Shown piece by piece: positions 16,310-27,232 of a stretch of DNA of 64,000 bases. Numbering within the stretch: position 1 is the first letter of the stretch; the number at the start of each line of letters is the position of its first letter. The DNA is from Corallococcus coralloides. Its GTDB lineage: Bacteria; Myxococcota; Myxococcia; Myxococcales; Myxococcaceae. A model generated the notes under the pieces. It made no database searches. It was not told the origin of the DNA and worked only from the letters and a program-made list of their open reading frames with translations. A program made the translations under genes and the position numbers. The stretch is taken from assembly GCF_004104415.1 (NCBI RefSeq), contig NZ_CP034669.1. One strand, 5' to 3'.

Positions 16310-17935
16310 ATGCAAAAGCCAACCGAACCGACCTCCGCGCAGAGTGAGCCGTTGACGACGGGCCGGGTCCTGCGCTCCACGTATGAGATTGGCACCGTGC
16401 TGGGCAAGGGCGGCATGGGCGCGGTGTTCCTCGCGCGCCACCTGCGCCTGCCGGGCAAGCAGGTCGCCATCAAGGTGCTGCACGGCGCGGAGGCGCTGTC
16501 GGAGGAGGTGGCGGTGCGCTTCCGGCGCGAGGCGGAGATCGCCTCGCGGCTGGGGCACCCGAACATCGTGGAGGTGCTGGACTTCGACACCCTGGAGGAC
16601 GGCACGCCCTTCATGGTGATGGAGTACCTGCGCGGTGAGGGCCTGTCGCGCCGGCTGCGCAAGCAGAAGCAGCTGCCGCTGGAGGAGGTCTTCTCCATCA
16701 CGCGGCAGATGGGCGCGGCGTTGCAGGCGGCGCACCGCGCGGGCGTGGTGCACCGCGACCTGAAGCCGGGCAACGTGTTCCTCGTGCCCACGGAGGCGGG
16801 CGGCGTCGTGGGCGAGCGCGTGAAGCTGCTCGACTTCGGCATCTCCAAGCTCGTGGACGCGCGCACGGTGATGACGCTGGACTCCGTGCTGATGGGGACG
16901 CCGCAGTACATGGCCCCCGAGCAGGCCATGGGCCACAACAGCAACGTGGACGCTCGCACGGACCTCTTCGCGTTCGGCTGCATCGTCTACGAGATGCTCG
17001 CCGGCCGGCCGCCCTACTCCGGCGAGAACGTCGCGGAGCTCATCTACCAGATCGTCCACCTGGAGCCCCCGCCGCTGCTGACGCTGGCGCCCGGGACGCC
17101 GCCGCACGTGGTGGCGGCCATCTCCCGCGCGATGGCGAAGAAGCCGGAGGACCGCTACCCGGACGTGGGCGCGTTCATCCTGGAGCTGACGGGCAGCCCG
17201 CTCCAGACGCTCGCGGAAGTGAAGCCGGAGCAGCGCTCGCGCCCCACCGCGCCCACGGCTCCGCCGCCCTCGGTGCCGCGTCCGCCGGACCGCGAGGAGC
17301 ACATCCCCACGGTGGGCATGCGCCCCCACGCCGGCCGGGATACGTCCCCTCCTGCTTCCGGGCCCCGGACGGAGTCCCTGGCCGCGCAGCCGCTGGCCCC
17401 CGCCCGCCCGAAGTGGCCGGTGGCCGTGGCGGTGGGGATGGCGGTCATCATCGCGTTCGCGGTCGCCTTCTTCTGGAAGCGCCCGGACGTGGCGCCGCCC
17501 GCCGTCGTCGCGGTGGATCCCCCGGCCCGGCCCCAGCCCTCCACGCCCGTCACCCCGCCGCCCGCGGCGGTCGTTGCGCCGCCGGAGGACGTGAAGAAGC
17601 CCGTGGAGCCGGAACCCCAGCAGCCGCCGACGGACCCGCCCACGGTGAACGCGAAGCCGAAGCCTCGCGTCGCCCCCGAGTCCATGCCGGACAGCGTGCG
17701 CGAGGACCTGGCGGCGGCGCAGAAGGCGCTGGACGCTTCGAACACGGAGGAAGCGCTGCGCCACATCCGGCGCAGCCAGCGCACGAAGATCACCGGCCTG
17801 TCGTTCTCGCTGCTCACCCGCGTGTACTGCCAGCAGCACGACCTGGCGAACACGCGAGCACAATGGACCCGCGTACCGGCAACGGAACGTCCCAGGGTCC
17901 GACAATACTGTTCGCAGTACGATATCGACCTGTAG
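16310..17935 (+). CDS. Ser/Thr protein kinase with Pro-rich linker, TM segment and C-terminal extracytoplasmic domain
   Basis: 541 aa; 'LGKGGMGAVFLARH', 'VAIKVL', 'HRDLKPGNVFL', 'DFGISK', 'APEQ'; TM 'WPVAVAVGMAVIIAFAVAFFW'. Confidence 0.9.
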   Translation: MQKPTEPTSAQSEPLTTGRVLRSTYEIGTVLGKGGMGAVFLARHLRLPGKQVAIKVLHGAEALSEEVAVRFRREAEIASRLGHPNIVEVLDFDTLEDGTPFMVMEYLRGEGLSRRLRKQKQLPLEEVFSITRQMGAALQAAHRAGVVHRDLKPGNVFLVPTEAGGVVGERVKLLDFGISKLVDARTVMTLDSVLMGTPQYMAPEQAMGHNSNVDARTDLFAFGCIVYEMLAGRPPYSGENVAELIYQIVHLEPPPLLTLAPGTPPHVVAAISRAMAKKPEDRYPDVGAFILELTGSPLQTLAEVKPEQRSRPTAPTAPPPSVPRPPDREEHIPTVGMRPHAGRDTSPPASGPRTESLAAQPLAPARPKWPVAVAVGMAVIIAFAVAFFWKRPDVAPPAVVAVDPPARPQPSTPVTPPPAAVVAPPEDVKKPVEPEPQQPPTDPPTVNAKPKPRVAPESMPDSVREDLAAAQKALDASNTEEALRHIRRSQRTKITGLSFSLLTRVYCQQHDLANTRAQWTRVPATERPRVRQYCSQYDIDL

Positions 17936-17995
17936 GGTCGTCCGGGCGCGCGGAAGCTCCAGAGCGGGGGCGCGCCCGCAATCCAAGGAGTCGTC

Positions 17996-18826
17996 GTGAG
18001 AGTGCTACTGGCAGTGGGGGTCGTGGCGCTGTCCCTGGGGTGTTCCCGGGGCGTGCGGCCCGACAGCGAGGTGGCGGGCACGAAGCCTGTCACCGGCAAG
18101 GTGTATTCCAATGAGGCCGGCGAGAAGATCACCCTCATCGCGCTGGAGCCCGGTGACGCGAAGAAGGCGCTGGTCGCGTTTGACGGCACGAAGAGCGAGC
18201 TGGACGGTCAGGTGCTGGTCGCGTCGGTGGGCCAGGACCGCCGCGCCGTGGAGTACTGGACGCTGTGGCGCGGCCGCAAGCAGCGCTTCGTCTCCGTGCA
18301 TGACCGGGGCGGCTTCGAGGACCTCGTTTTCAGCGGCGTGAACCACACGGGCTACACGCACCTGAAGCCGGACACGGGCAAGACGGGCGCGCTGAAGGTG
18401 GAGAAGGTCTTCGAGCGCTACGCGGACCTGGAAGGCGACAAGAAGTACCAGGGGATGCTCGCGTTCGACCGCAAGTTCTGGGCGAACCAGGCGGAGACGC
18501 AGCTCGCGGAGGCCCTGGCGGAGACGAACAAGGCGTGCGGCTCCAAGCTGACGTCCACCGTGGCCTGGGACTCCATCACGGACGCGCAGATCAACGAGAT
18601 CTCCTTCGGCAGCTACTGCGTGGGCCCGCTGGAGTCGCTCCAGAAGCTGTGCGAGCGCTCCGACGAGGCGAAGCGCACCGTGCAACAGAAGCTCCAGGCG
18701 GTGGAGTGCCGCATGGACGCGAAGGCCGCGGTGAAGCTGGAGGCCCAGAAGGTCATCTGGTCCGTGACCTCCGGTGAGCTGGTCCAGCCGGACGCGACCA
18801 CCACCTTCTTCATCGACACCCTCTAG
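17996..18826 (+). CDS. Hypothetical lipoprotein
   Basis: 276 aa; 'LLAVGVVALSLGCS' lipobox; no recognisable domain. Confidence 0.6.
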   Translation: MRVLLAVGVVALSLGCSRGVRPDSEVAGTKPVTGKVYSNEAGEKITLIALEPGDAKKALVAFDGTKSELDGQVLVASVGQDRRAVEYWTLWRGRKQRFVSVHDRGGFEDLVFSGVNHTGYTHLKPDTGKTGALKVEKVFERYADLEGDKKYQGMLAFDRKFWANQAETQLAEALAETNKACGSKLTSTVAWDSITDAQINEISFGSYCVGPLESLQKLCERSDEAKRTVQQKLQAVECRMDAKAAVKLEAQKVIWSVTSGELVQPDATTTFFIDTL

Positions 18827-18843
18827 AACGAAAGCCCACTGAC

Positions 18844-19659
18844 ATGACTCTTCGACGCATGGTCATCGCCCTGGGGCTCGTCCTGGCCCCGCAAGCCGCG
18901 CTCGCGCTGGATCCGCCCTGGAAGAAGGAGGAGAAGCTGCGCGACCGCATGGTGCTGGAGTCCGCGAAGGTCTGCGCGGACGGCAAGGGCCACTACACGG
19001 TCCTCATCCCCCAGACGCCCGAGCACGACGGCGAGCTGTATTACGGCGACGGCAAGACGTTCACGCAGGTGGCGCCCGTGGGCTACCCCAACGCCACGGA
19101 GGGCGGCTTCTTCGAGCCCCGCTTCTTCAACCCCAAGGCCAACGACAACTTCCGCGGCACGGACTACCGGGTCGTCTCGTACTTGAAGCTCAGCGAGGAC
19201 CTCAAGTCGTGCACGCTCAGCTGCGGGGAGAAGTCCCTGCCGCAGCAGCCGGTGCCGGCGGAAGAGGCCAGGGCGCTCCTGCGCAAGGCCGCCTACCAGC
19301 CCAGCCCGGTGAAGTTCCAGCCGTACGCGCTGCTGCGCGACGACAAGGGCGTGTACTACCTGGTGGAGCGCGGCATCGGCGCGGACAACAAGAGCTTCCG
19401 CATCTTCACGGGCCAGCGCGGCCAGGTGAAGCAGCAGAAGATGATCAACGTCGTCACCGACTCGCAGGGGGAGATCTTCTCCACGCAGGGCGGCGACCTG
19501 CGCCTCGTGGTGGACCGCGAGGAGCCGTCGTTCTGGGTGGTGAAGAGCAAGCGCCAGAAGCTGCGCGCGGTGCCGGTGGGTGAGAACCTGCCCTTCATCT
19601 ACAACGAGCTGGGCGTCTACACGGGCGCGCGGCTGGGCACGCCCTGCGACGACGTGTAG
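18844..19659 (+). CDS. Hypothetical secreted protein
   Basis: 271 aa; signal peptide 'MTLRRMVIALGLVLAPQAALA'. Confidence 0.6.
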   Translation: MTLRRMVIALGLVLAPQAALALDPPWKKEEKLRDRMVLESAKVCADGKGHYTVLIPQTPEHDGELYYGDGKTFTQVAPVGYPNATEGGFFEPRFFNPKANDNFRGTDYRVVSYLKLSEDLKSCTLSCGEKSLPQQPVPAEEARALLRKAAYQPSPVKFQPYALLRDDKGVYYLVERGIGADNKSFRIFTGQRGQVKQQKMINVVTDSQGEIFSTQGGDLRLVVDREEPSFWVVKSKRQKLRAVPVGENLPFIYNELGVYTGARLGTPCDDV

Positions 19660-19689
19660 TCCCGCATCCCCGGGGAGCCCCGGGCACGG

Positions 19690-22458
19690 TCAGCCGTGGA
19701 GCACCTTCACGGCCTTGACCATGTCCGGGGCCAGCTCCTCGTGTTCCACGAGGGTGAACCCCAGCTTCTTGCTGACGGCCTGCATGCCGCGGTTGCGCGT
19801 GAGGATGTCCGCGACGATGCGGCGCAGGCCCCAGTCCTTCCCGATATCCACCAGCCGCCGCAAGAGCTCCGTGCCCAGGCCCAGCCGCTGCGCGGGGTCG
19901 CTGACGGTGATGGCGAACTCCGCGTCCTTCGTGCCGCGCAGGCGCGTGAGCCGGCCCACCGCCAGAATCTCTCCCCCGCCCTTCCCGTCCACAGACGGCC
20001 GCTCGGCGACGAGCGCCATCTCCCGCGCGTAGTCGTTGAAGCAGATGCGCGCCAGGCGCTCGTGGGCCACGCGCTGGCTGAGCTTCATCAGGCCCGCGTA
20101 GCGCATGAACACGGTCTGTTCGGAGAGCGCCTGGTGGAAGCGGCCCATGGCGGGCTCGTCCTCCGGGCGGATGGGGCGCACCAGGAGCTGCTCGCCGTTC
20201 TTCAGCGTGAGCACCTTCGCGTACTGGTGCGGGTACGGTTCGATGGCGAGCTTCGGCAGCGACGCGGCAGCGACGTCCGGCGGGTGCAGCACCACGCGCG
20301 CGTCCAGCGCGATGATGCGCTCGCCGGAGACGAGCAGCGGGTTGATGTCCAGCTCGCGGATGAGGGGCTGCTCCACCACCAGCTGGCTGAAGCGCACCAT
20401 CAGCCGCTCCAGCGCGCCCAGGTCCACGGGGGCCCGGCCGCGCACGCCCTTGAGCGCGTGGTGGATGCGCGTGCGCTCCATCATCCGCCGCGCCAGCGTG
20501 GTGTTGAGGGGCGGCAGGCCCAGGGCCCGGTCCTGCATCACCTCCACCAGCGTGCCGCCCGCGCCGAAGAGCAGCACCGGCCCGAACTGCGCGTCCAGGC
20601 TGCTGCCCAGAATCAGCTCGTAGCCGTCCAGCTTCGCCATGGGCTGCACGGTGACACCGTGGAACGCGTCCTGGAGGCCCCGCTCCGCGAGCGCGTCGCG
20701 GATGGCGCGGTAGGCCTCCCGCACCTGCGCCTCGTCGCGCAGGTCCAACCGCACGCCGCCCACGTCCGTCTTGTGCGTCACCGTGAGCGAGTGCAGCTTG
20801 AGCACCACGGGGAAGCCCAGCGCGCGGGCCTTCTCCACCGCCTCGTCCTCCGACAGGGCGAGCCACGTCTCCACGGTGGGGATGCCGTAGGCGGCCAGGA
20901 GGCGCTTGGACTCGTATTCGGACAGGAGGGTGCGGCCGGAGGCGCGGGCCTCGTCCACCAGGGCGCGCGCCACGTCGCGGCCTCCGCCGGTGGGCTCCTC
21001 CGCCAGCGTGGGCGTCTCATAGAGCCCGGCGATGTTGTCCGAGTAGCGCCACATGTAGTTGAAGACGCGGGCCGCGGTGTCCGGGTAGCCGAAGGTCGGG
21101 ATGCCCGCGTCGTTGAGGATGCGCTCGCCCGCGGCCACTTCGGAGCCGCCCATCCAGCTGGCGAGCACGGGCTTGCCGGGCAGCTTCGCGTAGCCCTTGA
21201 GGCGGTCCGCCGTCTGGGTGGGCTCCGTCATGTCCTGCGGGGTGAGGATGACGAGCAGGCCGTCGCTGTTGGGGTCCGCGCCGGTGGTCTCCAGCGCCTT
21301 CGCGTAGCGCTCCGCGTCCGCGTCTCCCAGGATGTCCACCGGGTTGGCGTGGCTCCACGGCGGCGGCAGGAAGCCGTCCAGCTGCTTCCGGGTGTCGTCG
21401 GACAGCACGGCCAATTCACCGCCGCCGGACACGAGCGCGTCCGTGGCGAGCACCGCGGGGCCGCCCGCGTTGGTGAGCAGCGTGAGCCTGCGGCCGGAGG
21501 GCCGGGGCTGGCGGGCCAGCACCTCCGCCATGTGGAACAGGTCCTCGATGGAGTCCACGCGCAGCACGCCCGCGCGGCGGAAGGCGGCGGAGAGCACCTC
21601 GTCGCTGCCGGCGAGCGTGCCGGTGTGGGACGCGGCGGCCTGCGCGGCCTGCGCGGTGCGGCCGGCCTTGATGACGATGATGGGCTTGGTGAGGGCCACC
21701 TCGCGCGCGGCGGACAGGAAGGCGCGCGCGTCGCCGATGGACTCCATGTAGAGCAGGATGGAGCGCGTCATCGGATCATCCGCGAGGTAGTCGATGAGGT
21801 CTCCCCAGCCCACGTCCAGCATGGAGCCCACGGAGACGAAGGCGCTGAAGCCCACGGCCTCGCGCAGGCTCCAGTCGAGGATGGAGGTGAGCAGCGCGCC
21901 GGACTGGCTGATGAAGGCCACGTTGCCGGGGCGGGCCATGCCCTTGGCGAAGGTGGCGTTGAAGCCGCTCGTGGGGCGCATCACGCCCAGGCAGTTGGGC
22001 CCGATGATGCGCAGGTTCGCGGCCTGCGCGATGTGCAGCACCTCCTGCTCCAGCTTCGCGCCCTCCGGGCCCGTCTCCTTGAAGCCCGCGGAGATGATGA
22101 TGGCGCCCTTCACGCCGACCTCCGCGCACTCGCGGATGATGGCCGGCACGGACTTCGCGGGCGTGACGATGACGGCCAGGTCCACGGCCTCCGGCAGCGC
22201 GCGCAAGGAAGGCCACGCCTTGATGCCGAGCACGTTGGGGCGCTGCGGGTTCACCGGGTAGACGGTGCCGCCGAACGGGCTGCTGATGAGGTTCCAGAGG
22301 ACGGTGCGGCCCACGCTGCCGGGGCGCTCGCTCGCCCCCACCACCGCGACGCTGCGGGGGGAGAAGAGGACCTCCAGCGGCTGGCGGGTCCGCTGGTGGA
22401 GCAGGTCGATGGAGGGGTCCGTCCGGGCCGGGGGCGGGGCGGGGCGTTGCTCGTCCAT
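19690..22458 (-). CDS. Pat-like bifunctional protein: NDP-forming acyl-CoA synthetase domains fused to C-terminal GNAT acetyltransferase
   Basis: 922 aa; CoA-binding '[14 protein letters not shown]', succinyl-CoA-synthetase-like/ATP-grasp regions, C-terminal GNAT '[54 protein letters not shown]'. Same architecture as protein lysine acetyltransferase Pat. Confidence 0.8.
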   Translation of the reverse strand: MDEQRPAPPPARTDPSIDLLHQRTRQPLEVLFSPRSVAVVGASERPGSVGRTVLWNLISSPFGGTVYPVNPQRPNVLGIKAWPSLRALPEAVDLAVIVTPAKSVPAIIRECAEVGVKGAIIISAGFKETGPEGAKLEQEVLHIAQAANLRIIGPNCLGVMRPTSGFNATFAKGMARPGNVAFISQSGALLTSILDWSLREAVGFSAFVSVGSMLDVGWGDLIDYLADDPMTRSILLYMESIGDARAFLSAAREVALTKPIIVIKAGRTAQAAQAAASHTGTLAGSDEVLSAAFRRAGVLRVDSIEDLFHMAEVLARQPRPSGRRLTLLTNAGGPAVLATDALVSGGGELAVLSDDTRKQLDGFLPPPWSHANPVDILGDADAERYAKALETTGADPNSDGLLVILTPQDMTEPTQTADRLKGYAKLPGKPVLASWMGGSEVAAGERILNDAGIPTFGYPDTAARVFNYMWRYSDNIAGLYETPTLAEEPTGGGRDVARALVDEARASGRTLLSEYESKRLLAAYGIPTVETWLALSEDEAVEKARALGFPVVLKLHSLTVTHKTDVGGVRLDLRDEAQVREAYRAIRDALAERGLQDAFHGVTVQPMAKLDGYELILGSSLDAQFGPVLLFGAGGTLVEVMQDRALGLPPLNTTLARRMMERTRIHHALKGVRGRAPVDLGALERLMVRFSQLVVEQPLIRELDINPLLVSGERIIALDARVVLHPPDVAAASLPKLAIEPYPHQYAKVLTLKNGEQLLVRPIRPEDEPAMGRFHQALSEQTVFMRYAGLMKLSQRVAHERLARICFNDYAREMALVAERPSVDGKGGGEILAVGRLTRLRGTKDAEFAITVSDPAQRLGLGTELLRRLVDIGKDWGLRRIVADILTRNRGMQAVSKKLGFTLVEHEELAPDMVKAVKVLHG

Positions 22459-22634
22459 GGTGCGCTCTTCTTCAGTGGGGTGGCCCTACCGGAGCAATCT
22501 CCGGCAGGCCCCCATTGTGCACCAGTTGTCAGGGAGGGGGCGGGGCGGCGGACGTTTCCCCTCACCCTGCCGCGGATGCGAGCGAACGGGCGGACGCCCC
22601 GCGCGTGGGGCGGAGCGTCCGCGGCGTCACCGGA

Positions 22635-25600
22635 CTACCGGACGCGACGGCGCCGCAAGCCCCAGGCGAGCACGACGAGGGTCCCGAGCCAGGGGGCCCA
22701 CCCCGAGGGGCCTCCCGCCGAGCACGCGAAGCCGCCGGGGGCGTTCTCCGCCTCCGCGAGCCCCTGTCCGCCGGACATCCGCCCAAGCGTGGCCGGCGTC
22801 ACGTTGAAGGACGCGGGCGGGGAGAAGCCGCTGCGGTGTCCCTGGGAGTCCTGCGCCTCCACGCGCCACGTGTACGTGCCGGGTGACAGCGTCCCGGGCA
22901 GCGTGAGCGTCGTGCCCGCGGCGTTGAGCGACGCGATGACGGCACCGTCACGGCTCAACTCCAACCGGTAGCTGACCGCGTCGCCCTCCGGGTCGAGCGA
23001 GGCGTCCCACGTGAAGGTGACCTCACCCGAGGACACGAGCGCGCTGTCGGCGGGCGAGCGGAGCACGGGCACCGCGGGCGCATGAGGCACCTGCGCGACG
23101 GTGGTGAGGGTGACGGTGGCGGGAGGGGACGCGGTGGTGCCGTCATGCGCCTGGAAGGTGAAGGTGTCGGGGCCCTCGTGGCCAGCCTGCGGCGTGTAGA
23201 TGACGTGGGGCGCGGTGCCGGAGAGCGTGCCGTGCGAGGGGAGCTGGAGCACGCTGTACGTCAGCGTGTCTCCATCCGCGTCGGTGGCCTCCAGGGTGAC
23301 GGGCACGCCCTGCCCCACCACGGTGGTGAGCGACGCGCTTCGCGCCACGGGGGCCAGGTTCACGGTGCCGAGCGTCACGGTCACGGGCCAGGAGTCGATG
23401 GTCCCGTCATTCACCCGGTAGGTGAAGGAGTCCGTGCCGGTGTGGCCCGCGTTGGGCGTGTACGTCAGGTCCGGCGCGGTGCCAGAAAGCGTGCCGCGCG
23501 AGGGCTGGCTGAGGACGCGGAAGGTGAGCGCGTCTCCGTCGCCGTCCTGGCCGGAGAGCGTGAGCTGCACGGGCTTCGCCTTGGAGGTCGTGACGGCGAA
23601 GGCGAGCGCCACCGGGATGGAGTTGCTCACCCGCAGCGTCACGGTGCCCAGGTTGGAGTCCGCGACGCCGTCGCTCACCCGGAAGGTGAACGTGTCGAGG
23701 CCGCTGTAGCCGGGCTGGGGCGTGTAGACGTGGGATGCGCCCGCGCCGGACAGCGTGCCGTGCTGGGGCGCCTGGACGATGGCGTACGTCAGCGAGTCCG
23801 AGTCCGCGTCCACGCCATTCAGCGTCACGGCGATGGGCGTGTTCTTCGACACGGACAGGGAGGCGTTGAGCGCGACGGGGGCGGCGTTCTCGTCGGTGAC
23901 GCGCACCATGCGTCCGCCGGTGACGCCCTGGACCGTGACGAGCAACAGGTACTGTCCGGCCGCGACGGTGGGAGCGCGCGCGGAGAACTGCTTGCCGTCC
24001 TGCCATCCGGTCACGCCCTTCACCCAGGAGACCGCTCCGCTCTCCACGTTCATCAGCCGGACCAGGGGCGCTTCGCTCGCGGAGGAGCCCGTGGTGCCAC
24101 CACCGCCATCGGAGACGCCCCGCAGGCGGGTGCCCGTGGCGATGAACGCGGCCCCGGGAGACAGGATGCGCGGCGTGTCGAGTGTGGGCCGCGCGGAGGC
24201 CGCCGCGGACACGGGGTCGAAGGACTCCACGGAGGCCAGCACCGCGTTGCTGCGCCCACCGGACACGAGGATTTCTCCCGAGGGCAACAGCGTCGCGGCG
24301 TGGCCAGCGCGCGCGGTCACCATGGGGGCCAGGTAGTCCCAGGCGGCGGTGGTGGCCTCGAAGCGCTCGACGCTGTTGAAGTAGCTCTCCGCGCCGCTGT
24401 GGCCACCGGTGATGATGACGTCACCGGAAGGCAGCAGCGTCGCGGTGTGGCCCGCGCGCGGAACGCCCAGCCGGGTGAGCCGGGTCCAGGTGTTGAGGCC
24501 CGGGTCGAACTGCTCCACTTCAGGCGTGGCGCCGCCGCCGGTGGTGAGGCCGCCGACGAGCAGCACCTTGCCGGAGGACAACACCGTCGCGGTGTGGTCC
24601 TCCCTGGCGGTGAGCATCGTGAGCACGGAGCCCCACGTATCCGTGGCCGGGTCGTAGACCTGGGCGGTGTTGAGCGGCGCGGTGCCGTTGGTGCCGCCCG
24701 CGACCAGCACCTTGCCGTTGGGCAGCAGCGTGGCGGTGTGCGAGGCGCGCGGCACGGCCATGGGGCTCGCGGCGGTCCACAGGCCGCTGCGCGGGTCATA
24801 CAGTTCCACGGTGTCGTGGACGCCGTAGTAGCTCGCGCCACCGGTCACCAGCACCTTGCCGGAAGGCAGCAGGGTCGCGGTGTGCCGCGCGCGCTCCACG
24901 GACATCCGGCCCGCGGGCATCCACTGGCTGGAGGCCGCGTCATACAGCTCCGCTTCGGGGACGGGCGCGAAGCCATCCGAGCCTCCGGTGACGAGCACAC
25001 GGCCCGAGGGCAGCAGGGTCGCGGTGTGCTGGGTGCGAGGCACGAGCATCCAGCCAGCCCCTACCCACCGTGCCCCGTGACGGTCGTAGAGGTCCGTGGT
25101 GGAGAGCGCCCCGCTGGCATCCTCGCCTCCCACGGCCAGCAACTGGCCGGACGGAAGCGGTGTCACGGTGTGCTTCATGCGCGGCGCGCCGAAGGCTTGA
25201 GCCTGGCTCCACTGCCCCGCGGACTCCAGCACCTCCGCGGTGTTCAGATAGGTCTGGCCAACCCCGAAGACTTGATAGATGCCTCCCGTGGCCAGGATGC
25301 GTCCCGAGGGCAACAGCGTCGCGGTGTGTTGCGCACGGCCTTTATTGAGTGAGCTGCCCTGCTGCCAGGTTCCCCTCGCAGGAACATAAATCTCGGAGGT
25401 GGCCAACACGTTGTAGTAGCCGCTGTTGTTGGGCTGATCCACGGACGAACCGCCAAGCACCAGCACGGAACCATCAGGCTGCAGGCTCGAGGAGTGCCAG
25501 CACCGCGCCGTCCCCATGGACGCCAGGGCCTTCCAGAGCCGCGTGGAGGGGTCGAAGAGCTCCGTGGAGGCCAGGAACGTCGTGCCGCCCGTGATCGAGC

Positions 25601-27080
25601 CGCCACTGACCAGGACTTTTCCATCTGGGAGCAGCGTCGCGGCGTGGCTCTGTCGATTCACGGAAGGGGCGCCCGCAGGCTCCCATTGCTCCGTCGTGGG
25701 GTTGAACATCTCAGCGGTATTGACCGTGCCTCCTCCACTCACGAGCACCGCCCCCGATGGCAGCAGCGTCGCGATGGCATGGGACCGCCCTACCGCCATG
25801 TTCGCGACCGGGCTCCAGCTCCCCGTCGCGGGATTGAACACCTCCGCGGATGCATGCCTCGCACCACCGGGCGCGATTCCGCCCGCCACCAACACGCGTC
25901 CATCCTGGAGATGCGTCGCGGTGTGGAAGGCACGACTGGTGGTCATGACGTCCGCGGGGCTCCAACTCCCTGTCTCCGGGTCAAACAGTTCGCTTGTCGC
26001 GACGCCCTCCGCGCTGGAGGTGACCCCGCCCGCCACGAGCAGCCGTCCCGAGGTGAGCATCGTCGCGGTGTGAAACACGCGTCCTTCTGCCATCGGCGCG
26101 ACACCGGCCCAGGTTCCGGACAACGGGTCATGGATCTCCACCGTGCGCATCGCCGTCGACTGGACGTAGGTCGACCGTCCACCCGTGACGAGCACCTTGC
26201 CCGAAGGCAGGAGCGTCGCCGTGTGGTTCAGGCGGTTCGAGGCCATGCTGCCCGTCGATGACCAGCCCGGATCCACGACCACGGGCCCCTGCATCCCGCG
26301 CAGGTCCACGGCCATCGCCACGTCCAGGCTTCGTCCCGTCAGCGCGTAGCGCGTGGGCCCCGCGCCCGGCAGCCGCACCGCGCCGTGCAACTGGACCGAG
26401 CCCTCGCGGTTCAACCCCTCCGCGTCCCTCGCGACCAGCGCGTGCATGCGCAGCTGGGGCACACCCTGCACGTCCGCGAACTCCAGATAGTCCCCCAGGT
26501 CGCGCACCGTGACGATGCCCTCGGGCACCTCCACCGTGTAGCGCACGCGGTGCTCGGGAGCGCCTTCCGGCGCGACGTCATACTCCTCCACGCGGGACGT
26601 CACCCAGCGGCCGGACGCGTCCGTCGAACGCGCCCCCACCTGCGCCCAGAAGTGCGGCGCGGCGGCGCGGTCCTTCACCGGGACGCCCTGCCCTTCCACG
26701 CCGTGCCGCCTCGCCCGGAACGTCAGGCCCCGGGTCTCCACCTCCAGCGTCCCCGTGGCCGTCTGGGGCACCGTCACGCGCAGGGCCGACGGCGACGCGT
26801 CCGAACCCACGGCGTCACCACCAGGCGCCCACTCCGGGAAGTACGCGTGCGCCAACGCGCGGGCCCCGGCTTCCGACGGCGCCTCCCGCCACGCGCGCAC
26901 CGCCGCGCTCCGGGCTTCAGCCGCCCCTGGGTTGGCGCCGAGCCGTGACTCCGAAGTGACTCCCACCCCTTCGCGCGGACGTGAGGCAACACCGTCACAC
27001 GCCGTCACCCCCAGCAAGAGGCACAGCCACACGACCACCGGTCTTCTCATGTCGAGCACGCCTGTCAGTCCGGCACACAC
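22635..27080 (-). CDS. Kelch-repeat lipoprotein with Ig/cadherin-like and FN3 domains and MYXO-CTERM sorting tag
   Basis: 1481 aa; lipobox 'LLGVTAC'; ~10 Kelch blades ('TATLLPSGKVLVTGG', 'AEVFNPATGSW'); cadherin-like repeats ('TYAIVQAPQHGTLSG...DTFTFRVSDG'); C-terminus 'GGFACSAGGPSGWAPWLGTLVVLAWGLRRRRVR' = MYXO-CTERM pattern. Confidence 0.85.
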   Translation of the reverse strand: MCAGLTGVLDMRRPVVVWLCLLLGVTACDGVASRPREGVGVTSESRLGANPGAAEARSAAVRAWREAPSEAGARALAHAYFPEWAPGGDAVGSDASPSALRVTVPQTATGTLEVETRGLTFRARRHGVEGQGVPVKDRAAAPHFWAQVGARSTDASGRWVTSRVEEYDVAPEGAPEHRVRYTVEVPEGIVTVRDLGDYLEFADVQGVPQLRMHALVARDAEGLNREGSVQLHGAVRLPGAGPTRYALTGRSLDVAMAVDLRGMQGPVVVDPGWSSTGSMASNRLNHTATLLPSGKVLVTGGRSTYVQSTAMRTVEIHDPLSGTWAGVAPMAEGRVFHTATMLTSGRLLVAGGVTSSAEGVATSELFDPETGSWSPADVMTTSRAFHTATHLQDGRVLVAGGIAPGGARHASAEVFNPATGSWSPVANMAVGRSHAIATLLPSGAVLVSGGGTVNTAEMFNPTTEQWEPAGAPSVNRQSHAATLLPDGKVLVSGGSITGGTTFLASTELFDPSTRLWKALASMGTARCWHSSSLQPDGSVLVLGGSSVDQPNNSGYYNVLATSEIYVPARGTWQQGSSLNKGRAQHTATLLPSGRILATGGIYQVFGVGQTYLNTAEVLESAGQWSQAQAFGAPRMKHTVTPLPSGQLLAVGGEDASGALSTTDLYDRHGARWVGAGWMLVPRTQHTATLLPSGRVLVTGGSDGFAPVPEAELYDAASSQWMPAGRMSVERARHTATLLPSGKVLVTGGASYYGVHDTVELYDPRSGLWTAASPMAVPRASHTATLLPNGKVLVAGGTNGTAPLNTAQVYDPATDTWGSVLTMLTAREDHTATVLSSGKVLLVGGLTTGGGATPEVEQFDPGLNTWTRLTRLGVPRAGHTATLLPSGDVIITGGHSGAESYFNSVERFEATTAAWDYLAPMVTARAGHAATLLPSGEILVSGGRSNAVLASVESFDPVSAAASARPTLDTPRILSPGAAFIATGTRLRGVSDGGGGTTGSSASEAPLVRLMNVESGAVSWVKGVTGWQDGKQFSARAPTVAAGQYLLLVTVQGVTGGRMVRVTDENAAPVALNASLSVSKNTPIAVTLNGVDADSDSLTYAIVQAPQHGTLSGAGASHVYTPQPGYSGLDTFTFRVSDGVADSNLGTVTLRVSNSIPVALAFAVTTSKAKPVQLTLSGQDGDGDALTFRVLSQPSRGTLSGTAPDLTYTPNAGHTGTDSFTYRVNDGTIDSWPVTVTLGTVNLAPVARSASLTTVVGQGVPVTLEATDADGDTLTYSVLQLPSHGTLSGTAPHVIYTPQAGHEGPDTFTFQAHDGTTASPPATVTLTTVAQVPHAPAVPVLRSPADSALVSSGEVTFTWDASLDPEGDAVSYRLELSRDGAVIASLNAAGTTLTLPGTLSPGTYTWRVEAQDSQGHRSGFSPPASFNVTPATLGRMSGGQGLAEAENAPGGFACSAGGPSGWAPWLGTLVVLAWGLRRRRVR

Positions 27081-27232
27081 TGCGGCGCTCGTGCAGGACG
27101 GGATGGTGTTGAGCGCAATGGCCCGCGCTCAACGCAATCCCCAGGCCAGGACCCAACCCCCTGGATTCTCAGGCTCTCAATCCCAGACAAGACCAGTCAC
27201 GTTGTACCCGGGTCCCCACCCGGGCGGCACCG

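Noticed and set aside
16205-17986. 593-aa minus ORF antisense to Ser/Thr kinase
   Set aside because: No kinase or other motifs; + strand has full Hanks-type kinase.
19696-22971. 1091-aa + ORF antisense to Pat-like gene
   Set aside because: Antisense artefact of a gene with clear CoA-binding/ATP-grasp/GNAT domains.
23082-25352. 756-aa + ORF antisense to Kelch lipoprotein
   Set aside because: Gly/Arg-rich; opposite strand has Kelch, cadherin-like, FN3 and MYXO-CTERM.
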